Positions 33,113 through 45,100 of a stretch of 45,753 nt of DNA are shown here, piece after piece. The notes under the pieces were generated by a model. The model had not been told where the DNA came from, did not search any database, and saw only the letters and a list, made by a program, of their open reading frames with translations. Made by a program: the position numbers and the translations under genes. Source of the DNA: an uncultured virus (IMG/VR IMGVR_UViG_2061766007_003026) (taxonomy: Duplodnaviria > Heunggongvirae > Uroviricota > Caudoviricetes); IMG/VR virus record IMGVR_UViG_2061766007_003026. One strand, given 5' to 3'. The first letter of the stretch is position 1. Each line of letters starts with the position of its first letter.

Positions 33113-33524
33113 ACTTCACGTCAATCGTTACGTAGTTCATCTTGTAGTCGGTAATTACGTTGTCCTTATCAGTATCTCCGATACCGACGGGCATATACCT
33201 CACTTCGCCGGCCTCGATACTCTTCATGAGAAGTGAACCGTACTTGTTATTCTTCACATCAAAGTCAACCTTGAGGGCACCGTTGTCCACAGTGGCATCA
33301 GTCGATACGGCCATGGCATGTTCCGGCCAGGAATAGCATACCGGTATTTGCTTCGCCCTACGTTCCAGCGGGGATACTTCCTCGATGGTAACTGGGTTTG
33401 TTTTAATATCCGCGCACAGCTTATCAAGAAGTTCCTGCGGGTATATATGTCCATTGCGGGTCGGCTGACCGGCGACCAGCAGCTCAACCTGTATGTGCCC
33501 CAACGGCTTCTTAGCTCTTGGCAT
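33099..33524 (-). CDS. T4 gp21-like prohead protease paralog, probably inactive
   Basis: TRNGHIYPQELL and KYGSLLMKSIEAG...VGIG resemble gp21-family motifs; the GELxHP and SSRG catalytic motifs are not seen. Confidence 0.5.
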   Translation of the reverse strand: MPRAKKPLGHIQVELLVAGQPTRNGHIYPQELLDKLCADIKTNPVTIEEVSPLERRAKQIPVCYSWPEHAMAVSTDATVDNGALKVDFDVKNNKYGSLLMKSIEAGEVRYMPVGIGDTDKDNVITDYKMNYVTIDVKYGAN

Positions 33525-33816
33525 CTGCTTCCTTCCTCCATTCGGCGAGGTCGGCGTTCATGCCGACTTCCTCAAGCGTCCTTTCCAGTGCAAGCCTGCG
33601 CCTGCTCCAGTAGTCGGTGGACGCCTTCATCAGGAGGAGCCGCACTTCAGGACCGGTCTCCTTCGCCTTGATGATTGCGACCGCCTGGTCGTACATGCGG
33701 CGGCAAAGCATCCATTCCGCCTTCAGCTTGTCCTTGTCGCCGAGCAGCACGTTGTACAGGTTGTACTGTTCGTCGGTAAAGGACGCCTTAATCTTTTCAA
33801 TCTTCTTCATGTCCAT
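33511..33816 (-). CDS. Hypothetical protein
   Basis: MDMKKIEKIK... coupled by TAATG to the upstream nuclease gene. Confidence 0.7.
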   Translation of the reverse strand: MDMKKIEKIKASFTDEQYNLYNVLLGDKDKLKAEWMLCRRMYDQAVAIIKAKETGPEVRLLLMKASTDYWSRRRLALERTLEEVGMNADLAEWRKEADAKS

Positions 33817-34956
33817 TAGAACACACTCCCCTGGTCGACTAGGCCGAGCTGCTGCGCACGCATGGCCAGCATCTGCGTCACCTCGTTGCTGAAATCCTGC
33901 ACCGGGAACATCTGCTGCGTGGGTGCCTCGCTGGAGAACCAGCACAGGTAGCACTTGCCGATAGGAATGCCCGTGGCTTCGGTGAACAGGTGCTTGTACA
34001 TGCAGAGCTGCATGGAATACTTGTGGTATTCGCAGTTGGCGAGATGTCCGAACGGCGGGTTGAACTTGAAATTCGAGTCGAGGTTGAACTTCTCGTTGGA
34101 CTTCCAGTCCCAAATCTGGAACTCGTTCGCCTTCTTGTTCCAGAAAATCTGGTCGACGATTCCGCACACCATGTACTTGGGGGAACCGATGACCTGTTCG
34201 GAAACAACAGGAATCAGCTTGCCCCGGATAGACTCACGGAACTGGTCTACCTGGAGAATGATGCGGTTGTAGCGTTCCCTTATGGGGTCTTCCGTATCGT
34301 TCGGAAATGCCTCCTTGATGGAAGCGTCGTCATACCTGTAGAACTTGTTTGCCATGGCGGCTTCGATGTACGAGTGTACCCTGACGCCGAGCTCGGTGGA
34401 AATCTTGGCCTTGCGCTTCCACATAGCCTTTACTTCCTCGGCGGTTACCGTCTTGCCTTGCTCGGCAGACATCTTCTGCGCGGTTATAGGTGCCTGCGCA
34501 TCGGAGTCAAACGGCGGAATGTATGACTCCACCAGCTTGTTCACACCAAGCAGCTTCACCGCGTTGATGGTGAACGTACTCCACTTCGTATCGGCNNNNN
34601 NNNNNAGTATCGTTCGGGAATGCCTCCTTGATGGAAGCATCGTCGTACCTGTAGAACTTGTTTGCCATGGCGGCTTCGATGTACGAGTGTACCCTGACGC
34701 CGAGCTCGGTGGAAATCTTGGCCTTGCGCTTCCACATGGCCTTCACTTCCTCGGCGGTTACCGTCTTTCCTTGCTCGGCAGACATCTTCTGTGCGGTTAT
34801 CGGTGCCTGCGCATCAGCGTCGAACGGCGGAATGTATGACTCCACCAGCTTGTTCACGCCAAGCAGCTTCACCGCGTTGATGGTGAACGTACTCCACTTC
34901 GTATCGGCCTTAATCATGCCGAATGCGTTGTCAACTCTTTCGAAAAACTCGTGCAT
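33816..34956 (-). CDS. PD-(D/E)xK exonuclease (RecB/Cas4-like); two overlapping allelic fragments around the gap at 34596
   Basis: GVRVHSYIE, SE.VI, CGIVD, IWDWKS, YSMQLCMY motifs. Confidence 0.8.
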
Positions 34957-35011
34957 CGTGTTTCCTCATCTTTTAAACTAATTCAAAAGGCCGTCGTGCG
35001 GCGGCCTAGTG

Positions 35012-35488
35012 TCATTTCACGTTCCAATCGACCAGGTGGATGTACCTGGCCCCTATCCTGTATCCGTCAGGTACGTCGGGTACCGCCTTGAGCGACTCGG
35101 CCAGGCTCTTGTCCCACAGTTCCTCCAGGGCGTCCTTGATTGCGTCCTCCAGCGTACAGCTGATGGCGCAGTCGATTACCATGTCGGGCTTGGTCTTCTT
35201 GGCGTTGAACGCGTCCGGGTACTCCTTGGTGAGAATCTTCTTCCACTTCTTCACCACTTCCGACGGTGCGCTGTATTCGGGGATTACCCTGGCCTCCGCG
35301 GCGTTCGGGTCCAACCCCTGGAAACCCTTGACGTACGCCGGGAGATACTGGGAAAGCTCGTCGGGAACTTCCAGCGTCAAGTCGACGGAATATGCCTTGA
35401 GCGGGAGCATGGTCGGCATGTCCCTCTCAAGGTCCTTGAGCATGTACTGTACGGTGAACTTGCTTACTGTTACGTCAGCGAAAGCCAT
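35012..35488 (-). CDS. Hypothetical protein
   Basis: 158-aa ORF in operon; terminator-like hairpin at 34988-35007. Confidence 0.7.
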   Translation of the reverse strand: MAFADVTVSKFTVQYMLKDLERDMPTMLPLKAYSVDLTLEVPDELSQYLPAYVKGFQGLDPNAAEARVIPEYSAPSEVVKKWKKILTKEYPDAFNAKKTKPDMVIDCAISCTLEDAIKDALEELWDKSLAESLKAVPDVPDGYRIGARYIHLVDWNVK

Positions 35489-35490
35489 CG

Positions 35491-36526
35491 TTACCCCGCC
35501 TTCATGAGCTTCATGAGCATCTTGGCGGTAACCGGGGACGTGACCAGCATCGTGTTGAACGACTCGATGAAGGCCTTCACGCGGTCAACCGATACCGGAT
35601 GCGACATGAACTTGTTCTTCCTGGCGCTACCGTTGGTGATGTACTCGGAATGCTTACCGGAAAGCCACACGAACGAAACGTCGAGCACGACTGCACCGAT
35701 TGCGCCGGCATAGCCGTTGCCGATTGACTGAGCCACGGAAGAGGCAAACATGTCCGCACAGCGTTCGTTGTTGCGGGACACGGAGTTCTGTTCCGGTGTA
35801 CCGATATGCCCGAGGCATGCATGTCCGAGCTCGTGGCCGATGAGACCGACGAGAATGGCGATTGCGTACATCCTGACAACTTCCTCGCGGTGACCATCGC
35901 ACTGGATGGAGAATTCGTCGATAAAGCGCTGTACAAAGTCGCTGCCGGCTTCGAACGAGGTCAACCTCGCCGACGCCCAAGCAAGCATCTTCTTNNNNNN
36001 NNNNTCCAAGGCATGCATGGCCGAGCTCGTGGCCGATGAGACCGACTAGAATGGCGATTGCATACATCCTGACAACTTCCTCGCGGTGACCATCGCACTG
36101 GATGGAGAACTCGTCGATAAATCGCTGCACAAAGTCGCTACCGGCTTCGAACGAGGTCAACCTCGCCGACGCCCAAGCAAGCATCTTCTTGGCCTCACCC
36201 ATCTTGTGGGTGCGGTCGATGTACTCGCACACATGGGCCAGCATGTTTACCCACCGTAGCATACCGGTGTAGATTGACAGGATATGCGTGTACTGGTTCC
36301 AGTCTACCACCGGGTAATACTGGTTCAGGTGGTTCCTGACAGCATCGGTGAGCCTTCCGCACGACGCGTTGATGTCATCCGTATCGCGGACAGTTAGGTA
36401 CGTGCTCTCGACAATGGACCTGTAGTTCTTGTTGTCGGCAATGAACTCGCACGACTTGCACTGCGCGAAGGCAGTCTCGCAGTCCTTGTCGGTTACATAA
36501 TAGGACGTTCCTGATTTGTGAGACAT
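35491..36526 (-). CDS. Zinc metallopeptidase (HExxH, M48-like); allelic overlap across the gap at 35995
   Basis: IGHELGHACLGH and downstream ERCAD...SHP motifs; likely start MSHKSGT. Confidence 0.75.
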
Positions 36527-36759
36527 CTCGGTATTCCTCTTTCGTCTAGGACAGCAATCACCCTTCCCGGGATTTCCGACGGGCGAGCTGCCTTGTTGAT
36601 GGCTTCCTTGATTTCCGGGGCAGTGCGTGCGCGGTTCCATACGGACCATTCCTTGTCGGTCATGTCGCCGCGGTTCACGTTGACGATTCCGTAACTGCCC
36701 GCCGAGAAAAGCGGGACGACCACGTAATCTGCTGCAAAGTCTTCAATCCTGGCATTCAT
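36493..36759 (-). CDS. Hypothetical protein
   Basis: 88-aa ORF downstream of both promoter motifs. Confidence 0.65.
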   Translation of the reverse strand: MNARIEDFAADYVVVPLFSAGSYGIVNVNRGDMTDKEWSVWNRARTAPEIKEAINKAARPSEIPGRVIAVLDERGIPRCLTNQERPIM

Positions 36760-36854
36760 AAATGAACCCTCTCTGGTAAATATAGCATAAATCTAGTTTA
36801 TTGGCGTCGGAAATACGGTATAAACTTACGAAAAAGTGAAAAGTTGGGTACCTT

Positions 36855-37430
36855 ATGTACACTATCGAAGACATACAGAGGATGAGTGGAACCAAGGACA
36901 AGGCCCTGGCCGAAGCGCTGTTCGCCGGCCTCGGCACGGCCTCGACGGGCAGGCCCCTCGAGGAGGGAGTCCTCGGTAAACTCCTGACGATTGGCGCCCT
37001 GGTGGCCGGCACGATATTCTCCGGCTGCGCCGGCAACGTCCAGAAGCCCGGCTCCCACGAGCATGTCCTGACCATCCCGGAAAACGTCCCGGTGAACGCG
37101 GATTCCGTCAACCAGCTGGCCCTGGACATCGCCAACGGCATCGTCGACGAGATGGCCGACTCCAACAGCGTCACGTCCACCCAGTCGTGGAAGGCTGCCA
37201 AGGACATCTACGGCAAGCTCGTGAAGGACAACCGCAAGGACCTGGCCGACATGTTCGCCAGGACAATCAACCGGAAGAAGAACGAGCTGTTCAACGCNNN
37301 NNNNNNNATCCACCCAGTCGTGGAAGGCCGCCAAGGACATCTACGGCAAGCTCGTGAAGGACAACCGCAAGGACCTGGCTGACATGTTCGCCAGGACAAT
37401 CAACCGGAAGAAGAACGAGCTGTTCAACGC
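36855..37430 (+). CDS. Hypothetical protein with internal lipobox-like segment (gapped, allelic repeat)
   Basis: LAEALF...PLEEG followed by hydrophobic stretch and FSGC; ATAAACT upstream. Confidence 0.6.
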
Positions 37431-37606
37431 NNNNNNNNNNGGTCCAGCTGTGGGTAGACAACGCGGGAGAAGAACCCAACGAACAGGGCGANNNNNNNNN
37501 NCCCTCCCTGCTGCGACGACAAGGAGTACAACAACAACGACCTTCAGAACTACGAGTACCGCGGCCCCGTGTACAACGAGGAAACCGGCATGCTGGAGTA
37601 CAACTA

Positions 37607-38296
37607 ATGCGGAACCTTTTCGAGAGCATCAACAAGATGGATGCCGCCCTCGTCCTGTGCGAGGCGATAGGCGACACCCAGGAAGCCCCGGTGGAACAGC
37701 CGTCGCTTGACCCGGAGAGGTTCAAGGCCTACGTCAAGTCCCCCTCCGACATCGAGGAGGGCACCCTCCGCGACATCGCCGCAGTCATCGACGGGAAGAA
37801 CGACATCACCCCGCCGCCGGACAACACCGTCCCCGTGGCGACCCCGAGCACGGTGGACAGGCTGCTCAACTCCGTCACCATCGTGTACATCACCGACAAC
37901 GACTTCCCCGTGGCCGCCGCCAACCTCATCGACCCGACCAGGGAGGACTACCGGGGCGTGGTGCCAATCAAGTACTACAGCCTCCTGAGCGGCTACAACC
38001 TCGACGGGCGCGTCCAGCAGGAATTCTTCGCCGTGGCCGAGGAATACCGCAACCACGGCCTGGGGGAGGAACTCAGGGCCCAGATTAACGCCCTGGACAC
38101 CCCCACTTTCATCGTCGTGGACACCACCGACAAGGACTGCATCGAGGGCCTGGCGAAGAGCGGATACCAGTTCATCGCCCAGGTGGACGACGAGACCGCC
38201 AAGTATCCTGTCCAGCTGTGGGTAGACAACGCGGGGGAAGAACCCAACGAACAGGGCGAGGAACCTGAAGTTCCGGACAGTTTTGATGTAATTTAG
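37607..38296 (+). CDS. Acidic protein with a GNAT-like acetyl-CoA-binding motif
   Basis: FFAVAEEYRNHGLGEEL resembles GNAT motif A; LAKSGYQ resembles motif B. Confidence 0.55.
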   Translation: MRNLFESINKMDAALVLCEAIGDTQEAPVEQPSLDPERFKAYVKSPSDIEEGTLRDIAAVIDGKNDITPPPDNTVPVATPSTVDRLLNSVTIVYITDNDFPVAAANLIDPTREDYRGVVPIKYYSLLSGYNLDGRVQQEFFAVAEEYRNHGLGEELRAQINALDTPTFIVVDTTDKDCIEGLAKSGYQFIAQVDDETAKYPVQLWVDNAGEEPNEQGEEPEVPDSFDVI

Positions 38297-38300
38297 TAGC

Positions 38301-38531
38301 ATGATTGCTAGAGTCAAAGACGACCAGTACCTCAACATCTTCGAGGTGGTTTGGCTGTTCCTCGCGGCCGAGTTCATCATATCGATGAACTTCCTCAGGC
38401 TGTACGACATCGACACCGACGAGTGGCACTACCGGAGAATCTTCTGGGTCATCGCCGGGTTATGCCTCACAATCCCGGTCCTGGCGAGCTGCCTGTTCGC
38501 CACGTTCGCCGCGATAAAGTACCTGTGGTAG
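38301..38531 (+). CDS. Small two-TM membrane protein
   Basis: Two hydrophobic segments. Confidence 0.65.
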   Translation: MIARVKDDQYLNIFEVVWLFLAAEFIISMNFLRLYDIDTDEWHYRRIFWVIAGLCLTIPVLASCLFATFAAIKYLW

Positions 38532-38535
38532 AGCC

Positions 38536-38835
38536 ATGACACCCGAGAAGCTGCTGGAAATCAACCCGAAGCTGGTAAAGGTGGCCTCCTTCATGAAGGA
38601 GCACCCGGAATGCACCGTGCGCTTCTGGGATGACGGCACGGTCGACATAACCCTTCCCAAGTCGGTTACGCTCGACTCGTTCCTCGGGCAGTTCATCTGT
38701 CCGTCCTGCGGGGAACCCACGGGAGGTCCCGGGATTTCCGGGAGGGACATAAAGGGAACCTTCCGCGAGTGCGGTGACTGCGGAATCAGGTTCTTCATTC
38801 ACAACATGGTAAAATTCGGCGGGACGCCTACCTGA
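38536..38835 (+). CDS. Zinc-ribbon protein
   Basis: CPSCG...CGDCG. Confidence 0.7.
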   Translation: MTPEKLLEINPKLVKVASFMKEHPECTVRFWDDGTVDITLPKSVTLDSFLGQFICPSCGEPTGGPGISGRDIKGTFRECGDCGIRFFIHNMVKFGGTPT

Positions 38836-38852
38836 GGCGCTCGGCTATTGCG

Positions 38853-40467
38853 CCGCACGTTACGGTGAATACGCCATCATAAGTGGTGTCCGGTGCCGGC
38901 ATCCGGCCAGACATTGGTGCAGCTGTACCGGCCGCCTTCATTNNNNNNNNNNTGTAAATACACCATCATAAGTGGTGTCCTGTGCCGGCATCCGGCCAGA
39001 CATTGGTGCAGCTGTACCGGCCGCCTTCATTATGAATGTCGCCATGCCAAGCCATCGCATGCCACTATTCGGAAGTGCAGTGCATGTCCAGGAACCGGGA
39101 ATTGTAATTTTTTCAACATGGTTTCCTATGGTCAGTTCAAGTTCATGCAACGTAGGCACAGGCGCAACCGACTGTGCACCGACTCCACCGGTAACTTCAA
39201 CCATGATGTTCATTGTAACCAGATAGATGCCGTCTTGAACCAACGACCCAATCGACCCAAGCGAAGAAGCTACGGTTCGCATTACAGCCGTCCCGGAACC
39301 AATACTCTCTTGGTTCGGCAACGCATTATCGATAGTGCTCCATCGTGTACTTCCATAATTGGACTGGGTCGTTGCCGAGTCGGCAGTAAGGACAAACTGT
39401 CCGGCAGACAATGGAGCACTTGGCAGCGTGGCCTGCACGATATGGTTGAAATCATATCGTATCGTTCCCACACCAGGTACATCCGTCATGCCCTGATATG
39501 AAATGTCAGCATTGCTGTCGACAAATGCGAGCTTCGCCATATCATGCTTGTGGTCGGCGGCCGACACCAGAATATATGGATGCTCACTGTCCACAGAGGT
39601 ATGCCCGGCGGATTTCTGGGTTCCTATAGATGTGCTGCTGTTCCCTATCCGCACAAGACCGGCAATATCAGTGTTCGTACCCTTTTCCGCGGGGGTGTGC
39701 GGCAAAGTATAAGATTGCTGCACTATGCTGGATACATGTCCTGTACTGTCAACAGTTAGTGTTGGGGTATATAATGACCCGCCAAACGACAACGCAGGCT
39801 CGGATGCAGGTACCGGTGCATCAACATTGGTGTTCTGGCTCAACGTATGCACAAGCTTATACGGCTTTCTACTCGTAATCGATAATATAGAGTCCGTATG
39901 TGCAGCCGGTGTTCCGATATTGATATCAATTTGCCTATGATATGCTCCAGTCGACGGATTTATGGTATCACTAACAACTGTACCCTGACCGTTAGAGAAT
40001 CCATGACGGTCTGATAGCGAATGGTAGACATCATACCATTCCTGTATATCCATGGAATCAGTGTATGCGTACCTATAAAATGCATCGGGCTGTCCACTTC
40101 TTTCCACCTTAAAGATAAGGTTCATGTTGCCGTAATATTGTTCACCCACATTAGGTAGGCATTCCCTCGGGTCGCCGCTACCTGAATACGTGCGAGTAAC
40201 TAGAAGTTCGCCGGAAGAAACCGAGGATGGCAAGAACGCAGCCGGTACTTTCCGGTTCGGGCTAAGAAGAATCAATCGGCTTAATGGCACGCTATACGAA
40301 TCATCAGGTTCAACGGATGAATCCCTCGCATCAAATGCTGTACACCATTTACTTGCCACCGACGAGCTCATCAGTGTTCCGATTGGGTCAACCCCACCCT
40401 GAGTTTCCTCGAACTGATTAAGCTCGCGTATCCTCTTGTGGGTTCTCTTGTAGATTATCGGGTCCAT
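38853..40467 (-). CDS. Putative tail fibre/structural protein; paralog of 40470..42080 (3' end repeated across the gap)
   Basis: S/T/G-rich; TVDSTGHV, GLVRIG, AADHKH motifs shared with the neighbour. Confidence 0.65.
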
Positions 40468-40469
40468 TC

Positions 40470-42080
40470 CTACTTAACCTCTGCAATTTGTACGCTACTG
40501 TCAGTAGTAATATTCCACGATGACCGGCCTGTATTCAACCGGAGTCTCGCTGATGTATGGCCGTTAGATACCGAGAATATGATGCATCCGTTTATATAGT
40601 TTGGCACGCCAGTAATTGAGCCATCCAGATAATAGCGATACTCCGCCACACTTGTCCACTGGGAATCGGCGCCGGTCTGTACCATTACAGCGGCATCTTC
40701 AATAAACGTGGTCGCCGACGAATGTGAGAACCCGAAGTTAAAGCACACGACATATGCCTTGCCTGCCTTCAGCCCGCCAAATTCGGTTTGCGCAACCGTC
40801 ATGCTACCGCCATGAGTTTCCGTTGATGTATCGAATGGCACGGTGACCGGAGAGGTGCCACACGTACATCCGCTAGCAACCTTCACAAATGCATACTCTG
40901 GCGTAAATACGTTATCGGGATTTTTCCAGACGGCCCGCATATTAGAAGCAGAATCTCCTTCGCTGACCAACAGTTGTCCGGCAGCAGTAGGCCCATTAGC
41001 CGGGAGAGTAGCCTTCAAAATATTCTTGAAACTATATTCGATATCCGAACCAGCACCCGTATATTCCAATCTCCCATTTTGGAAATTGGTTGAATCATTG
41101 ATATTTTCCAGAATCAAATGGGATGCGGCATGGACATGGTCGGCGGCGGCAACCTTTACATAAGGACTCGGTGTCGTTGTACCTGCCGATTTTTGCTGGC
41201 CTATATTTTGTATGTCATCGGTACTGCCTATCTTTACCAATCCCTCGGTAGATAGTGAAGCCGCCGTAGCAGGCACAGTCAGCGAATACGGAGTGACTGC
41301 GGTAACATGGCCAGTCGAGTTAACGGTAAATGCATCTACGGCGAATGTGCCGCCAAACGTCAACTGAGACGATTGCGGAGGGGTTGGATACGTCCCGGCA
41401 GTCACACCACTAGTAGCATGCGAAAGTTTGCCATTGCTGATTAAGAGACTATTATGGGTATTGGTTTCCGCCGCAGGGGCACCGATAACAATATCAACGG
41501 CCCTGGTGTATGAGCCATCGTTATCAGATACTACCGTCCCGGCACCATTTATCATGACTAAGTCACTCGGAATAGGAACGAAACTACCTGTTTCGGATTC
41601 AGTTCCAACATCAGCATTGTCATCCGGCACATATCTATACTGAGTGTAGATTGGCTTTCCATCCTGGTCTTCATCACTTACATCCCGGTATATAGTACTA
41701 ATGTCCGGCCGCCGTTCATCTCCTACCGGGGGGCCAGGGCATACATATACCAGCTGCTCCCCGCTGACGGTAGTAGTGAATGTCCATTTTCCGGTACCTG
41801 TATCATGCACCATTTGTCCATTAAGAATCTCGTCCATCTGGTGAGGTAACATGGATTGCGGAACGGTACGGCTATCAGTCAGCAAGCCAATTCGGCTTAC
41901 CGGTATACGCTTTGTACCCTGGTCTACCAAGTCTTCCTGATTGGCGGTATCACTATCAGGGACAATGTAGTCCACCGCCATGGCCCACTTTGCTGCTTCA
42001 ACAGTGGACTCTATGAGCTCGTTAACGCCGTCCTCCAAGCTACCCAGCGCGGAAATTCGTTCTTGTTCAATCTGTGCCAT
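40470..42080 (-). CDS. Putative tail fibre/structural protein
   Basis: TVNSTGHV, GLVKIG, AADHVH; ATAAACT upstream. Confidence 0.7.
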   Translation of the reverse strand: MAQIEQERISALGSLEDGVNELIESTVEAAKWAMAVDYIVPDSDTANQEDLVDQGTKRIPVSRIGLLTDSRTVPQSMLPHQMDEILNGQMVHDTGTGKWTFTTTVSGEQLVYVCPGPPVGDERRPDISTIYRDVSDEDQDGKPIYTQYRYVPDDNADVGTESETGSFVPIPSDLVMINGAGTVVSDNDGSYTRAVDIVIGAPAAETNTHNSLLISNGKLSHATSGVTAGTYPTPPQSSQLTFGGTFAVDAFTVNSTGHVTAVTPYSLTVPATAASLSTEGLVKIGSTDDIQNIGQQKSAGTTTPSPYVKVAAADHVHAASHLILENINDSTNFQNGRLEYTGAGSDIEYSFKNILKATLPANGPTAAGQLLVSEGDSASNMRAVWKNPDNVFTPEYAFVKVASGCTCGTSPVTVPFDTSTETHGGSMTVAQTEFGGLKAGKAYVVCFNFGFSHSSATTFIEDAAVMVQTGADSQWTSVAEYRYYLDGSITGVPNYINGCIIFSVSNGHTSARLRLNTGRSSWNITTDSSVQIAEVK

Positions 42081-42106
42081 ATTCTACCGTCAATTCCTCT
42101 AAAAGT

Positions 42107-45100
42107 TTATTCGCGACCCGCGCCGTACGATACGGCGAGCACGGTATTCTCATGCGGCCCCACCTGTATGTCGCCCGTGTCCATCAGATGCGTGGTGTCA
42201 TTGCGCCGTGCATATACCATGCTGCGCTTGCTGAGGTCAGCATCCGGGATATCGGTGTCCGGAATATGGTATTCCGGGTTTCCCTTGTGCGGATAGTCGT
42301 ACTGNNNNNNNNNNGCCTGCCCCGTACGATACGGCGAGCACAGTATTCTCATGCGGCCCCACCTGTATATCGCCGGTGTCCATCAGTTGAGTAGTGCCAT
42401 TGCGCCGTGCATATACCATGCGGCGCTTGCTGAGGTCAGCATCTGGGATATCAGTGTCCGGAATATGGTATTCCGGGTTTCCCTTGTGCGGATAGTCGTA
42501 CTGTCCCCAAAGGACAGCATCCGACATGATACCCCCGGTTTCTCCCCATGTCCATTCGCCATGGTCCTTGTAGTATCTCGGGATGTCGCCCACGTTCGCG
42601 GCGCCTGTTGCTGGACGCAGGAACTCCCGGACGCTCCAGAAGTTCGCGTGCGGCATCGAGGCGATTGACTCCGCCGTAGAAGTCCNNNNNNNNNNTATGT
42701 CGCCCACGTTCGCGGCGCCAGTGGCTGGACGCAGGAACTCCCGGACGCTCCAGAAGTTCGCATGCGGCATCGAGGCGATTGACTCCGCAGTAGACGTCCC
42801 CTCCTTGTTCACGGGAGCGTTCAGGCCGAGACCGCCGTCGGCCACCGGGAGATACGGGAACATCAGCGGGCATTTCCCGTTGGCGTCCTTGTGCATCACC
42901 GAGCGGACCAGTGACGGGTTGATGTCCAGCGGGCAGTACTCCTCGTACGTATGCATCAACGGGGCCTGCCACTTCGCGGACACGCATTCCGGGCGAGACC
43001 ATAGTCTCTTTCCGTCGACAGTCTGGTCGAGCGCCTTCGCGCCGTAAAGCGGGCTCAGGTAGGATACCGGTGCCTGCCTGTAGTCCATGCAGTACCAGCG
43101 GCCGGCATCCTCGGAGAATGCGAACTTCATGAACACACGGATGTAGCTGACCGAATACGGGTCGTTCTCGGTAGCGAACGGCGCCAGAGTATTGTAGTCG
43201 TCCTTCACGCTGTACGGAGGTACGCTGCAGTTCAGCGAAAGGGCCTTGTCCGCGCTGCTGAACTCAATCCTGTTCATGTTCATGTCGGAGAACTCATCAC
43301 CGACAATGAACGCGTCGGACGCATAGATACCGCGGCTCGCCGCGTCGCACTCAGGGTCATACCAGTGCATCCTGGTAAGATAGGCCGTATCAGGTGACGG
43401 CGTCGCCGGGCTTGTCACCTTCACTCGGTAACTGTCCCAGTTTCTGACTGCAAGCCGCGCAGCATAGCCAGGAACATAGTCCTTGAGGAACAATGCCAGA
43501 GAATCGTCGGTCGGCATCGTCGTGGCTATGAAGTAATCCGCACCGTTCCAGTCAATAGCAGTCAGTACCCTGTAGTATCCGTACGCATCGGCCATGATGA
43601 ACGGTAGCTGGTCNNNNNNNNNNCGGGCCTTGTCCGCGCTGCTGAATTCAATCCTGTTCATGTTCATGTCGGAGAACTCGTTGCCGACAATGAACGCATC
43701 GGACGCATATATGCCGCGGCTTGCCGCATCGCAGTCCGGGTCATACCATTTCATCCTGGTCAAGTACGTAGTGTCCCCTGACTCGGATGCGCCGTTTTCG
43801 ACCTTCACCCTGTAGCTGTCCCAGTTGCGCACGGCTAGACGGGCTGCATAGCTGGGAACGTATTCCTTCAGAAACATCGCCAGGTCGTCATCGGTAGGCA
43901 TGGTGGTGGCAATGAACTCCTCGTCTCCTTCCCAGCCATTCAGGATTTTGTAATACCCGTACGCATCGGCCATGATGAACGGAAGTTGGTCTACATTGTC
44001 GCTAAACGCGTCGTAGTCATTTACGCCTACGGTCGGCACCGGTATGTTGTCCGGCGATACAATCTTCGTGAACGCGTCGATTGCGTCAAGNNNNNNNNNN
44101 NNNNNNNNNNNNNNNNNNNNNNNNNNNNNNNNNNNNNNNNNNNNNNNNNNNNNNNNNNNNNNNNNNNNNNNNNNNNNNNNNNNNNNNNNNNNNNNNNNNN
44201 NNNNNNNNNNNNNNNNNNNNNNNNNNNNNNNNNNNNNNNNNNNNNNNNNNNNNNNNNNNNNNNNNNNNNNNNNNNNNNNNNNNNNNNNNNNNNNNNNNAA
44301 CGGTGTCATCCATCTTTCCTATGCACGCCTTTACTATGCTGTTGCTCATCGGCCACGCCTCGGTTCCGGTAGAGGAAGCGACCTCGCACGGCACCTCCTC
44401 GGTGCGTGTCGTCGTGTCGAATGTACCGTAGTCATACGGGTTGCCGCTGTAGTATGAATACTTGGAGTTATCCCTGTATGGGTAAGCGCCCAGGATGGGG
44501 GAAAGCGGTTCCCCGGTATACTCGTCCGTCCCGGCCGCAGCCAGGAANNNNNNNNNNTGGGTGTAATCAATGCCGCCCGTGCTCGGGACAGGTATATTGT
44601 CCGGAGATACAATCTTGGTGAACGCGTCGATTGCGTCAAGCCAGGATATGTCAGTCCCCGAACGGTGCGCCTGCGGCTGCAGGATGTCGTCTATGTCACT
44701 GAAGTCGATTGCGTGCAGTTCCGCCGAGCGGTACAGCTCCTCCACGGTNNNNNNNNNNAGGGTGTAATCAATGCCGCCCGTGCTCGGTACAGGTATGTTG
44801 TCCGGCGATACAATCTTCGTGAACGCGTCGATTGCGTCAAGCCAGGATATGTCCGTCCCCGAACGGTGCGCCTGCGGCTGCAGGATGTCGCCTATGTCGC
44901 TGAAGTCGATTGCGTGCAGTTCCGCCGAGCGGTACAGCTCCTCCACGGTNNNNNNNNNNTCGTCGGTGCGTCAGCGCCCACGGGAACGTATTAGTGGTGG
45001 TCGGGTAGACCGTCGCCACAATCTGCCGCTGGTCGTTCTTTGGAACATATTGGTTATCGCGATTCTTTTCGAACAGCACATGGTGTCTGTCGTTAGAGCC

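Noticed and set aside
33816..34956. Cas4 as part of a CRISPR system
   Set aside because: No Fe-S cysteine cluster pattern or cas neighbours; solo PD-(D/E)xK exonucleases are common in large phages.
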